Assembly (NCBI GenBank): GCA_037045455.1
Contig: JBAOIN010000006.1
Location: 128,116-192,115, forward strand
Length of the DNA: 64,000 nt
Source of the DNA: Candidatus Nanopelagicales bacterium
GTDB lineage: Bacteria; Actinomycetota; Actinomycetes; S36-B12; UBA10799
Direction: 5' to 3'
The translations under genes were made by a program, and so were the position numbers. Under the pieces are notes generated by a model. That model was not told where the DNA came from. It ran no database searches and was given only the letters and a program-made list of their open reading frames with translations. The stretch's first letter is position 1; each line of letters opens with the position of its first letter. Below are positions 10,019-19,447 of the stretch, piece after piece.

Positions 10019-10725
10019 GTCGTCTCCTCCACGAACCGCCCGGACAGCGTCTGGTCGGTCAGTTCGGCCGAGGACGTGAACGTGTAGGTGCCGGTCGTGG
10101 TGTCCCGCGACACCTCGGTCAGGATGACGTTCTGGTAGTCGGGCTGCGCGCGCAGGGCGGCGATCCAGGCGGACACGTCATTGAAGCTGACGGCCTCGCC
10201 CGCGAACGTGACGGTCGCAATGGGTAGGTCCTCCTGGGAGACAGAGGTGGATGACACCTGGGTGTCCTCGGATTCCCCGGTCACCAGCGACATGCTCTGC
10301 AGCGAGACGTGCGGCGGGACGATCGCACTGAGATCGGTCACCAGCCGCGCGACCTGCACTTCGTTACCCATGGCCAACGCCAACTCCGAGCGGGCGGCCC
10401 GAACAGCGGAGTAGACCGCGGGAACGTCTTTGTACTGCGCGCGCGCCTGCTCGGCATCCCGCAGTTCCGCCTGTGCCACGGCCAGGTTGTTCTGAGCGGT
10501 GCTCAACTGCATCTGCGCCAGCCCGTAGAAGACACCCAGCACCATCAGCACGATCAACAGCGCCAACCCTGTGCGGCGACGGGCGGTGGCGACTGCCCGG
10601 CGCCGGCGCACGATCGGCGGGATCAGCGACGGGGTGGGGAAAGTGCTCTCCATGAACAGCACGTCCAGACCGGGCTCCTCAGGAACGGGACCCTGGTCGA
10701 CATGCTCGGCGGCCTGCGCGCTCAT
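10015..10725 (-). CDS. pilN: Type IV pilus assembly protein PilN
   Basis: The ATG at 10725 overlaps the pilM stop (ATGA). The protein starts MSAQAAEH..., has a TM helix (GLALLIVLMVLGVFYGLAQ), then a coiled coil and a PilN/Fimbrial-assembly-type C-terminus. The upstream part of ORF 10015-11067 is out-of-frame overlap with pilM. Confidence 0.8.
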   Translation of the reverse strand: MSAQAAEHVDQGPVPEEPGLDVLFMESTFPTPSLIPPIVRRRRAVATARRRTGLALLIVLMVLGVFYGLAQMQLSTAQNNLAVAQAELRDAEQARAQYKDVPAVYSAVRAARSELALAMGNEVQVARLVTDLSAIVPPHVSLQSMSLVTGESEDTQVSSTSVSQEDLPIATVTFAGEAVSFNDVSAWIAALRAQPDYQNVILTEVSRDTTTGTYTFTSSAELTDQTLSGRFVEETT

Positions 10726-11768
10726 GCTGCCGCCCCCAGTGCCAATCCGACCGCCGAGGTGGCCGAGGTGCTCGAGGCCAGTTCGCGACCCCGCACGCTC
10801 AGAGCCTTCGCGGGGTTCAGGAACTGGCCTGTCACGCTGGTCACGGGAACCCGCAGAACGCCGGAAAGAATCTGTGGAAGGCCCAGAGTGCTTGCCCCTC
10901 CGCCCACGACGTAGGCGCGAACGGTGCGGTGTCCGTCGCCAGTCGTGTAGAAGTCCACGGAGGTGCGGATGTCCGTGACGAGTTCGGCGACTGCCGCCCG
11001 CAGAGCCGTCTCGGTGAGTGCACGATCGGCCGGCGACATCTGCTCCCACATCTGCCACAGGCCGCACTTCCAGGTTTCCGCATCGGCCTCGCTGATCTGG
11101 AGATGCTCGGCCAGGCCGGAGGTGATGTCGCGGCCGCCGCGGCTGAGGATTCGGACGAATCGGGGCTGGCCGCCCTCGTGGATGCTGACACTGGTCATCG
11201 CATGCCCGACGTCAATCACGGCTTCCGGTCCAGGTGCCAGCGAGTCACCGACCGCGGCCAACGTGGCCAGCGGGGTGAGCGTCACGTCGACGACCTGCAG
11301 GCCGCCGGCTTCGACCGCGTCCACCAGTTCCAGCACACCGGCCTCCGGCGCAGCCACGAGCAGGCCGAGAATCGTCTTGAGGCCTTGGCTGTCACCCCTC
11401 TGCTCATAGGGCATGAAGTCCAGAACGCATTCCTCGGCGGGCATCGGCAGCATGTCAGCCGCCAGCAATGGCAGCGCTGAGCGGAACTCCTTCTTCGGCA
11501 CCCACGGCAGCTCCACCTCGCGGGCCACAGTGCGCTGGCTGACCAAGCCGAGCCGAACGCGCTTGTTGCCTGGTTTGGCCTGCCGCACGGCCTCCTTGAC
11601 GGCGGCGGTGACGACAGCGCCATCGACGAGCTCGCCGTCGGACATGGCCCCTGGGGGTAGAGCAATCGCGGCGAGGTGCTCAAGGGTGCCGCCGGCGCGG
11701 CCGCGACTGATCGCCGCGACCCGCACGGCCGAGGTCCCTACCTCTAGCCCTACGGACGTCCTGCCCAC
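10722..11768 (-). CDS. pilM: Type IV pilus assembly protein PilM (actin-like ATPase fold)
   Basis: 348 aa: VGLEVGTSAVRVAAIS...; VIDVGHAMTSVSIHEGGQPRFVRILSRGGRDIT. Confidence 0.9.
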   Translation of the reverse strand: MGRTSVGLEVGTSAVRVAAISRGRAGGTLEHLAAIALPPGAMSDGELVDGAVVTAAVKEAVRQAKPGNKRVRLGLVSQRTVAREVELPWVPKKEFRSALPLLAADMLPMPAEECVLDFMPYEQRGDSQGLKTILGLLVAAPEAGVLELVDAVEAGGLQVVDVTLTPLATLAAVGDSLAPGPEAVIDVGHAMTSVSIHEGGQPRFVRILSRGGRDITSGLAEHLQISEADAETWKCGLWQMWEQMSPADRALTETALRAAVAELVTDIRTSVDFYTTGDGHRTVRAYVVGGGASTLGLPQILSGVLRVPVTSVTGQFLNPAKALSVRGRELASSTSATSAVGLALGAAA

Positions 11769-11868
11769 GACAGCCTCCTAATGCTGCTATGTCGTTGGCA
11801 TCGACAAGGTCGTTCTCGGGCTTGAGGCCCCAACCCCCTACCGGAGCAAACTCGTTGAACCGCGTCAG

Positions 11869-12636
11869 CTACAGCAGCTGGCCGTACCAGTCCGCGATGG
11901 GTTGCGCGACCGCCAGCGCCAGCACCGTGGCGGCAATCATGAACGGCCCGAACGGCAGCGCGCTCTTGCGTCCCGCTTTGCCGGCCACCATGGCCGCCAC
12001 ACCCACGATCGCGCCCAGTACGAATGCCCCGAAGCCACCCACGACCACGTAGGACCAGCCGTACCAGCCCAGCACCGTGCCCAGCGACAGCGCCAGTTTG
12101 ACGTCCCCCCAGCCCATTCCGGCTGGGACCAGCGTCGCCAACAGGGCATAGGCGGCCGCCAAGGCCAGGCCCCCGAGCAGCGCCTGTCCGAAGCGAAGCC
12201 ACTCCCCCTGCACTGCGGCCGTGACGGCGAAGCCGGCTACGACCACGGCATAGGTCGACAGCGTCAGGACGTTGGGCAGCCGTTTGTGATCCAGATCGAT
12301 GAGGGCCAAGGCGATGCAGGCAGCGGTGAACCACAGCGCGAACGGCAGCAGCACTGACCATCCGACAAACGCCCCCGTGGCGGCGAATGCCAGGCCGGTG
12401 CCCAGTTCCACCAACGGGTACCGCACGGAGATGGGTGCGGCACAGTCCCGGCACTTCCCACGAAGCAGCAGCCACGAAACGACTGGGATGTTGTCGTAGG
12501 CACGGATCGGGTGGCCGCACGATGGGCAGTGCGACGGTGGCTGCGCCAGCGATTCACCCCGCGGCAGCCGCCAGATGACGACATTGAGGAACGACCCGAT
12601 CAGCAGGCCGAACAAGCCCGACAGCAGCGCCACCAC
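11869..12636 (-). CDS. pilD: Prepilin peptidase (A24 family, PilD)
   Basis: 255 aa: GLLIGSFLNVVIWRLP, the Cys motif CPSCGHPIRAYDNIPVVSWLLLRGKCRDC, and catalytic-Asp contexts (LIDLDHKRLP, GMGWGDVKL). Confidence 0.93.
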   Translation of the reverse strand: MVALLSGLFGLLIGSFLNVVIWRLPRGESLAQPPSHCPSCGHPIRAYDNIPVVSWLLLRGKCRDCAAPISVRYPLVELGTGLAFAATGAFVGWSVLLPFALWFTAACIALALIDLDHKRLPNVLTLSTYAVVVAGFAVTAAVQGEWLRFGQALLGGLALAAAYALLATLVPAGMGWGDVKLALSLGTVLGWYGWSYVVVGGFGAFVLGAIVGVAAMVAGKAGRKSALPFGPFMIAATVLALAVAQPIADWYGQLL

Positions 12637-12747
12637 GGGCGTCAGCCTAGCCAGCTGAGAACGGTCAGCGGAGGATGCTGTGGATGCCGGGGAGTTCTGG
12701 TCATCGAGCTGCCACGCAATGGTCCCTGGATGACCGAAATCCGCGAC

Positions 12748-14844
12748 TCAGTACCGCGCCTGCAACTCACCGGTGACCTTCGCCCCCCAAGCAGCATTCG
12801 TCCACTGCGGGAAGTAGGGCGGCGAGGCGAACTGCAGCCGGGAGTCATAGGAGTAGTCCTTGTCGAACCCGGTGCCCCCGGACGTCCCGACCGCACCACG
12901 CCACTTCTGGGCGATCGATCCTCGGACAGACAGCTTGCCGAGGTCGGTGCCCTTTTCGTAGTTCTGGACCCAGAAACTATGGGCCAGGGTCTGGATCGAG
13001 GCGTACACCCAACGGGTCCCGGAACTGCTGGTCACCCCTGGGAAGGTGATGTCGCTGTAACTACTTCCGTACGTCCGAGTGGTCGTCCAGGTGCACGTGA
13101 TGGTGTTGTTGTTGGCGGGGCTGCCGCCGCTGGGCGTCGAGGCGATGTCGGTGCACTTGGTCCGGAGGCTGGTCGGGGACTTCACGGTCGTTGTGGGAGT
13201 CGAGGGCGTGCTTTCCGAGGAACTGCGTAACACCGGGTGGTAGATCACCACGCTGTTCGACGCGACCAGGCCCACCATGTCCGGACCGACCGCGGTGCTG
13301 CCCTTGGTGCTGCTGCTGATGGACAGGTCGTTGGTGACGATGACGTTGTTCTGGGCTGCGATGGTGACGCGGCCCTTGACCACACCCTCGATGTAGACAT
13401 TGCCCAGGCCGCAGTCGAACGTGCTCGGGTGCACATCATTCACCGCGGTCTCGGCTGACGTTGCCGGGTTCGGGCTCATACTCGAGTCCAGCTGCCACGC
13501 GTTGCTGACACGCTTCCACTTCTTCGTCGTCGTGTATGTTGCCGTGTCCGGGTTGTAGTAACTGATGTCGCTGACCAGGCCGCTGCTGCCTGTGGGGATC
13601 ACGTCGTTGCTCGTGCTGCCCGACGTCGTGCCGTTGACGATCTGCCCAGGGACACACCGCGCGGAGCCACCGGTCGCGGCCTGCACGTAGATCACCAAGT
13701 CGGTGGGCACCGGTACGGTCTGTTTGCCGGCGGGGTATTTCTGTCCGGTCGCCGGCACGAACTGGGCAGCGTTCCCGCAGTCAAGGCCCGCTGGTGAGTC
13801 GGGACCCTTCAGAGACTTGCCCGCACTGGTCGTGTTCCAGACCGTCATCGTGCCGTCGCTATTGAAGCGGATCCGGGTGTCGCCGTAGTAGTTGCAGCCG
13901 GGGAAGGTCGAGAACTTGTCGGAGTTGTCCGGCAAGTACAGCGGTAGCGCCGGCCGGGCCCCGGCGGTTCCGACATAGGGGCGGGCTGACGTGCCGGTCG
14001 TACGCCAGCATTTGGCGTCACCGGCCGCCTTACCCACGCCACTGGAGTCGGGAGTTCCGGCCGCCTCCGTACACCTCGAGTCGGCAACTTCGTAGCCCTT
14101 GAGGAACCGCGGCCGAGAACCGCCGGACGCCACCATCAGCGGGCTGTCGTTGAAGTGCACGTCGCCATCGAGGACGTCATTGCTGCCGAACTGGATCTCC
14201 TGACACGTACCGGAACTCGAGCGCGCACTGGTCTGCCACCAGTACTTCGCCAGGGTCGCGCCGCTCTTGCCGCACTCGTCGTACTTCGCCCCACCGGCCG
14301 CTTGGGACTTGCTGCCGCCTGGCGGGTAGGCCACGAGGTTCTGGGGGTCGGCGTCCTCGAAGTCGGTGTAGTACAGGAAGTCGGTCGAGCCGCCGCGCGC
14401 CACTCGCACCTGGATCGTGCGCGAGACGCCCTTCACCTTGCCGGTCGACTCGACCCAGACCGAGCCGTCCTTCCAGAAGTTGGCGGTGTTGACGTCGTAG
14501 TGGAACTTCCCCGCTTGCGGGTTACCCCCTTGCACATCGACCCATCCCGCAGCGGTACTCGAGTTCCACCCGCAGGAGTTGGTCTCGGCCTTGGGCCCCT
14601 TCAATGCGACGTTCGAACAGTCGACAGTCTGGGCGTAGGCATCGTTGCGATTCAGTTTGGCGAGGTAATCGTCCACGCCCGCCTGGGCTGCCGCTAGAGC
14701 CGCTTGCCAGTGCTCGTCGCGGCTGGTCCGTGGCGCCACGTTGGCTGCGTAACTCAGCGCGGCTGCGACCACCACAGTGAGAATTGAGATCATCCCGAGC
14801 ACCATGATCATGGCGACTCCACGCTCGTCTGTTCGCATTCGCAT
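12748..14844 (-). CDS. Large PilX-N-domain pilus protein (putative tip or minor-pilin-associated protein)
   Basis: 698 aa. The N-terminus MRMRTDERGVAMIMVLGMISILTVVVAAALSYA has the PilX N-terminal pattern. It is followed by a long Cys-, Gly-, Ser- and Thr-rich secreted region with beta-helix-like stretches (GNVYIEGVVKGRVTIAAQNNVIVTNDL). Confidence 0.7.
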   Translation of the reverse strand: MRMRTDERGVAMIMVLGMISILTVVVAAALSYAANVAPRTSRDEHWQAALAAAQAGVDDYLAKLNRNDAYAQTVDCSNVALKGPKAETNSCGWNSSTAAGWVDVQGGNPQAGKFHYDVNTANFWKDGSVWVESTGKVKGVSRTIQVRVARGGSTDFLYYTDFEDADPQNLVAYPPGGSKSQAAGGAKYDECGKSGATLAKYWWQTSARSSSGTCQEIQFGSNDVLDGDVHFNDSPLMVASGGSRPRFLKGYEVADSRCTEAAGTPDSSGVGKAAGDAKCWRTTGTSARPYVGTAGARPALPLYLPDNSDKFSTFPGCNYYGDTRIRFNSDGTMTVWNTTSAGKSLKGPDSPAGLDCGNAAQFVPATGQKYPAGKQTVPVPTDLVIYVQAATGGSARCVPGQIVNGTTSGSTSNDVIPTGSSGLVSDISYYNPDTATYTTTKKWKRVSNAWQLDSSMSPNPATSAETAVNDVHPSTFDCGLGNVYIEGVVKGRVTIAAQNNVIVTNDLSISSSTKGSTAVGPDMVGLVASNSVVIYHPVLRSSSESTPSTPTTTVKSPTSLRTKCTDIASTPSGGSPANNNTITCTWTTTRTYGSSYSDITFPGVTSSSGTRWVYASIQTLAHSFWVQNYEKGTDLGKLSVRGSIAQKWRGAVGTSGGTGFDKDYSYDSRLQFASPPYFPQWTNAAWGAKVTGELQARY

Positions 14845-14858
14845 CTGTGGTCACCTCC

Positions 14859-15575
14859 TCAGGGAATCGCCGTGGGTGTCGGCTGGATCAGGGAATCCGC
14901 GTTGGGCAGGGTCACGCGGGCCGTGACCGTGGCGCTGCCCGCCGTGGTGCTGGGCCGCACGCGAAGCACCAGATCGATGCTGTCCACTGCCTTCAACTTG
15001 GACACGTCGGACTGCAAGGGTGGCGTGATCAGGGCGCCCGAGCGGTCGTAGTAGGTGAACAGGGCGCCTGCTTGAACGTTGCGGGCCAGCACGCGGGTGC
15101 GGACAGGGCAGGAGGGACCGGGTGTGCAGTACTGGTAGTTGAAGTCGCTGACGCTGTGGACGTTGGGCTTCTGCACGGTTTCCACGAGTTGGCCGTTGGT
15201 CAGGGTATACGTGACGCGCCTGGGTCCGCGGTCGGTGTTGCCGGAGGCGGGCAGAATGCCGTCGTTGTCGACGTTGGCGTAGAAGCGCACCATCGTGTCA
15301 GTGCCCTCGATGAACGCGGCGACATCGCATCCTGAGCATGTGGCCTGAATCTGCGACGGCAGGATCGCGGTGCGCAGGATCCGGGTCATTGCCTCGACCG
15401 CGACATTGGTCTGGCTCAGGCCGTCCAGGCGATGGGCATTCTGCGCCATCGTCCGCTGTGCCGTGATCAGACCTTGCGAGACGATGGCCAGAACCGTGCC
15501 GAGGATGCTCACCACGACGAGCATCTCGATGAGGGTGACGCCGTGGTCACCGCGAATTCTGCGCAGAATGCTCAC
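14859..15575 (-). CDS. Minor pilin (prepilin-type N-terminal cleavage/methylation domain, PilW-like)
   Basis: 238 aa with the class III signal RRIRGDHG|VTLIEMLVVVSILGTVLAIV. Confidence 0.85.
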   Translation of the reverse strand: MSILRRIRGDHGVTLIEMLVVVSILGTVLAIVSQGLITAQRTMAQNAHRLDGLSQTNVAVEAMTRILRTAILPSQIQATCSGCDVAAFIEGTDTMVRFYANVDNDGILPASGNTDRGPRRVTYTLTNGQLVETVQKPNVHSVSDFNYQYCTPGPSCPVRTRVLARNVQAGALFTYYDRSGALITPPLQSDVSKLKAVDSIDLVLRVRPSTTAGSATVTARVTLPNADSLIQPTPTAIP

Positions 15576-16951
15576 GGTTCGGTCCCCTCAGGGACGTAGA
15601 CGATGCCCGCGGCCGAGGTGCTCAGACCCGCGGTCAGCACGTCGGTGCCGGCCTTGAGTGTCCACTGCCCGTACGGCAAAGCGGTGCGAACCACGCCATT
15701 CGCATCCGTCTTTCCCAGCTGGTAGATCTGCGCCGGCGAGCACCCGGTCGCGTCCGCGATGACAGCCGTGACACTCACGTCAGCCCTGGGGTCGCCCTCG
15801 CTGTCGAGGAACGTTGCCTGGAGCGGTTTGAGTGGCACCTTCGCCGTGACTGTTCCTCCCGGACTCGCAATCACGGCCTTGGGCCGGGAACCACCCGTGG
15901 CGGCTGGGTCGTTGAGCGTGCACTTGCCCGCCCAGACCGAGTAGCCATCGGTGAACGGCCACAGCCCGGTCACCGAGGACGTCCCGCCGGGCAGTTCCTT
16001 GCGACCCATGTTGGGCAGACCCGGGTTGAACAAGACGATGGGCTGAACAGGCGTGGGTGCGGTGAAACTGGGACCGGGGTCGTCGGTGACCTCGTAGTTG
16101 AACTGGATAGTCGCCGCCCGGTCGTAACTGAACGGCACAACCTGGATCGTGCCCTGGCTGACCGTGGCCGGTTTGGATACCGATTGCTGTCCGTCAAAAC
16201 TCACATACCCCGGCTCGTCGAGGGTGACCGTGTAGTTGCCCGTCGTATCCATGGCGAATACCGCGCAGCCGTCGGCGCCCGTGACCCGGGTCTGGCTTCC
16301 CCCCGGCCCGGTGATGTCGACCGGAACACTGTCGACACCCGTTCCAGCAGCGCCCTGCACCTTGGCCGCCACGAACCCCTTGATGGCGGCCAGGGTGCCC
16401 TTCGGCGGCGTCAGGATGGTGTTCGACTCCACGTCGCGAGTCACCGCGTGCTGCTTCCAGCTCACTTTGACGTTGACTGCCAGCGATGGGTAGGTAACGG
16501 CCGAACCACCGTCGCAAGGACTTGCTCCCGACCCTGCAGGCAGCCATTCCACAGTCCGCACCACGGTGTACTTGGTGCCGTCGAGGTTCAGTGGCTGGCC
16601 GGCCGTCTGCCCGGGCAACGGTGTGCCGTTCGTGACCTGACTGGTGGCGGCCACCGTCAAGGGCGCGCTCTTGGAGGAGCCGAACTGATTGCGCACGGTC
16701 TCGATCTCGCGGGCGGCAAGGTTTGCGGCCTGCACGCGGGACCGGTCGGTCTGGGTCACCGCCAGCGACAGTTGCAGTCCGTAGGCAAACGCGGAGGAGA
16801 CCAGGCCGAGGATCGTGAGTGCGGCCATGAGCTCGATGATGGTGAACCCCGCGTCGGACTGCCGACGGTCCCGCCGTCGGGCGCGCAGCAGCCGAATGAT
16901 CACGTCTAGTGAATCGGCGTAATGGGACTGTGCCTTAATCCTTATGGGCAT
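15572..16951 (-). CDS. Minor pilin (PilV-like) with CarboxypepD_reg-like beta-sandwich repeats
   Basis: The prepilin signal is RRQSDAG|FTIIELMAALTILGLV. Two carboxypeptidase-regulatory-like segments are present (VPVDITGPGGSQTRVTGADGCAVFAMDTTGNYTVTL; VSVTAVIADATGC...KTDANGVVRTALPYGQWTLK). The start is uncertain. The ATG at 16951 abuts a hairpin, and the GTG at 16903 is an alternative. Confidence 0.8.
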   Translation of the reverse strand: MPIRIKAQSHYADSLDVIIRLLRARRRDRRQSDAGFTIIELMAALTILGLVSSAFAYGLQLSLAVTQTDRSRVQAANLAAREIETVRNQFGSSKSAPLTVAATSQVTNGTPLPGQTAGQPLNLDGTKYTVVRTVEWLPAGSGASPCDGGSAVTYPSLAVNVKVSWKQHAVTRDVESNTILTPPKGTLAAIKGFVAAKVQGAAGTGVDSVPVDITGPGGSQTRVTGADGCAVFAMDTTGNYTVTLDEPGYVSFDGQQSVSKPATVSQGTIQVVPFSYDRAATIQFNYEVTDDPGPSFTAPTPVQPIVLFNPGLPNMGRKELPGGTSSVTGLWPFTDGYSVWAGKCTLNDPAATGGSRPKAVIASPGGTVTAKVPLKPLQATFLDSEGDPRADVSVTAVIADATGCSPAQIYQLGKTDANGVVRTALPYGQWTLKAGTDVLTAGLSTSAAGIVYVPEGTEP

Positions 16952-16955
16952 AGGG

Positions 16956-16981
16956 AAAGGCCCCGGTTTCCCGGGGCCTTT
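16956..16981 (-). terminator. Intra-operon hairpin directly after pilA (attenuator or partial terminator)
   Basis: Perfect 11-bp stem aaaggccccgg-tttc-ccggggccttt. It starts 18 nt after the reconstructed pilA stop (16999-17001) and has only a short U-run. Confidence 0.55.
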
Positions 16982-16998
16982 CAGGGTGAGGGGTCAGA

Positions 16999-17417
16999 TC
17001 ACGCGGTCGCCACGCAAGCGCCCGTCTTGAGGCCGGCGGGGCTGGAGTAGCTCCACACGGCTCCACCGTTGGCGGTCGCCTCGAGGCAGTAGTCCGTCGA
17101 TCCGTTGGCGGTGGCTGTCGATCAGCGGGGTGGTGCCGCCGCTCGTAGTTGCTGCCTGGAGAGTACTTGAAGCCGACAGCCTGCAGATCAGCGATCGCGT
17201 TGGTGTACGTACCGGTGTCGGTCAGAACCGTCTCTTCGGCCGTGGCCGCGTTGCGGAGGTCCGCCTTGACCGCAGATTCCCAGCCCTTCTTGCGCTGGTT
17301 GAGGAACACGGGAATGGCGATGGCTGCCAGGATCCCGATGATGATGATCACGACGAGGAGTTCGATGAGGGTGAAGCCCTCTTCCTCTTTCCTTGCCTGG
17401 ACGAGCCGCGTGAACAT
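16999..17417 (-). pseudogene. pilA: Major type IV pilin PilA, with two +1 frame disruptions as assembled
   Basis: The class III signal is MFTRLVQARKEEEG|FTLIELLVVIIIIGILAAIAIPVF. After ...GFKYSPGSNY the listed ORF becomes junk. Hand translation of the other frames restores SGGTTPLID, then TANGSTDYCLEATANGGAVWSYSSPAGLKTGACVATA*. This is a typical disulfide-bonded pilin C-terminus. The shifts lie near 17142-17145 and 17110-17114. The span is 419 nt (3n+2). Confidence 0.85.
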
Positions 17418-17584
17418 AACGATCTCCTTCGAACTGGGCTTATGCCCTTATTGCAATGACGTTGAGGAAATCGACAACGTAGGGACGGAATCTGAACGGC
17501 ATTGGCAACCGTGCTGCTTCTGTCACCCGTTCGGCCCAATGAAGATCAGCTCTGGCGCGCTTTCGGGTGACAACACTGCTCCGG

Positions 17585-18250
17585 TCAGGTGCGCATCTCG
17601 TCGGTCAGGTGGTGCGTGAGGTTGTGGTAGTGCAACCACCAGTCCGGACGGTGGGCGGCAGGCCGGTGCTCGAGATGGGTTATCCCAGTGTGATGGGTCT
17701 CGATCGCGACCACACTCCACGGACCCTTCTCGAAGACGTACTCGAAGATCGCCTCGATCACGCCACCGTGCGCGACGGCCAGCACCCGGCGCTCGTCGGG
17801 CTCGGGTTCCTCGGCTCGGCCGCGGCGCACGGTAGGCACCAGTGTCTCCAGAAACCCGCCGACCCGGGAGCGGAACTGCAGCCAGGTCTCACCGGTTGCT
17901 GTCGTCGGCGTGTAGGGATCGAGCGTGCCCCATACCTCCGGGGTGAAGGGCTCGAACTCAAGGGCAGGAATCGGAGTCCCGTCGGCATGGCAAGTGCCGA
18001 CCTCGCGCAGGCCGTCGTGATACTGCGGCCTCATGCCGATTGCTTCGCCGATGATCTCCGCCGTCTGCCGTGTCCGGGCGACCGTGCTGGCCACGAAGTC
18101 GGTGATGTGCAAGTGGCTTGCGATCCACTTGCCTGCGCGTCGTGCCTGCTCCTGACCCAAATCTGTCAGCGGGTCGTCGCGGTGCTCAATGGTGAGGTCG
18201 GCAAGATTGACGTGACTCTGGCCATGGCGGACGAGATACAGGTGCACCAC
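17585..18250 (-). CDS. Histidine phosphatase family protein (phosphoglycerate-mutase-like)
   Basis: 221 aa with the LYLVRHGQSHVN catalytic motif and a later AVAHGGVI motif. Confidence 0.85.
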   Translation of the reverse strand: MVHLYLVRHGQSHVNLADLTIEHRDDPLTDLGQEQARRAGKWIASHLHITDFVASTVARTRQTAEIIGEAIGMRPQYHDGLREVGTCHADGTPIPALEFEPFTPEVWGTLDPYTPTTATGETWLQFRSRVGGFLETLVPTVRRGRAEEPEPDERRVLAVAHGGVIEAIFEYVFEKGPWSVVAIETHHTGITHLEHRPAAHRPDWWLHYHNLTHHLTDEMRT

Positions 18251-18335
18251 CCCAGCCTAGTGAGCGGCGCCTTACATAGTGTTTGCCTTTGTTTGTGCGC
18301 GTTTGCGCGTGTTTGTCGTACGTGCGTTCTAGTGT

Positions 18336-19444
18336 TTGGGTATGGACCTTCCCCGCGCTCTGACTCTCCTGGAATCCCCGGCCGGGGATCCGCTGGAGCT
18401 CGTCCGGGCGGCTGAGGCGGTCAAAGCCTGGGCTGATGCTCGGCAGTTGGAAGCCATTCATGACCTGTCCGAGCAGGAGCCGGCCGGGTTCGACCCCTAC
18501 GGGCAACTCGTTGATCCGGTCCCGGCCGAGGTGGCCTGCGCGCTGACCTGGACGGCATGGACCGCCAGCCGCCGGGTCGACCTGGCCCACGAACTGCACG
18601 ACGAGCTTGCCCGACGTGCTCGACGCGCTGCGGCTTGGTGAGATCGACCTGGCCAAGGCGGTTGAGATCGCCCACGGCACCTGCGAACTCCCGCCCGCCG
18701 ACCGGGTGCGAACTGGCTGATCGTGCGATCGGGTACGCCGCCAGACCCACACCCGCGCCCAGCTGAAAGCGTGGCTGGCCGGACGCATCGCCAAACTCAA
18801 CCCGGACGCCGCCGAGAAACGCCGCAAGAAAGCCAAGAAACAGCGCCGGGTCTGGGTGCAACCCGAATCCGACGGCATGGCCACCCTGGGCGCCTACCTC
18901 ACCGCCGAAGAAGCCCAAGCCTGCCTACTGTCGCTGAAGCACGGCGTCGCCAATCATGAAGGCAGCGTGGACGCCGCCCGCGCCGACCTGCTCGTCCAGA
19001 CGACTGACCGGCCTGGCACCCGCCGACCCGATCCCTGTGCAGGTGATCATCACCCCGGGCGGACCCGGAACTGGCCGGCCACGGCCCCCTAAGCCCGCTG
19101 CACGCCGCTCAGCTGTGCGACGGGGCACCCCGCATCAACCTCGAGGCGCCCGCCCCGACGCTGTCCTACGCCCCCACCGTCGGCACTCGTGCGACTACGT
19201 CAAAGCCCGCGACCGGCACTGCCGCTTCCACGGCTGCCGACGCGCCGCCATGCACTGCGACCTCGACCACACCATCGAATACCCTCACGGCCCGACCTGC
19301 GCCTGCAACCTCCACTGTTTGTGCCGGTATCACCACCGGCTCAAAACCCACACCGCCTGGCAAGTGCACCGCAACCCCGACGGATCACTGACCTGGACCA
19401 GCCCCCGCGGCCACCAATACAGAAGCGAACTCGAAGACCCGTAG
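18336..19444 (+). pseudogene. DUF222 / HNH endonuclease (13E12-repeat-type), with multiple frame disruptions
   Basis: The DUF222-like N-terminus is in ORF 18336-18641. Recognisable pieces occur in changing frames: LPDVLDALRLGEIDLAKAVEIA; QLKAWLAGRIAKLNPDAAEKRRKKAKKQRRVWVQPESDGMATLGAYLTAEEAQA; ELAGHGPLSPLHAAQL. The HNH C-terminus is in ORF 18956-19444 (ARDRHCRFHGCRRAAMHCDLDHTIEYPHGPTCACNLHCLCRYHHRLKTH). There are at least 5 frame changes, and not all run in the same direction. Confidence 0.8.
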
Positions 19445-19447
19445 TCG

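Noticed and set aside
17490-17520. Sigma-54-like TGGCA-N-CTGC element near pilA
   Set aside because: The match (tggcaaccgtgctgct) is on the plus strand and points away from pilA. It deviates from TGGCAC-N5-TTGC, and actinobacteria generally lack RpoN.
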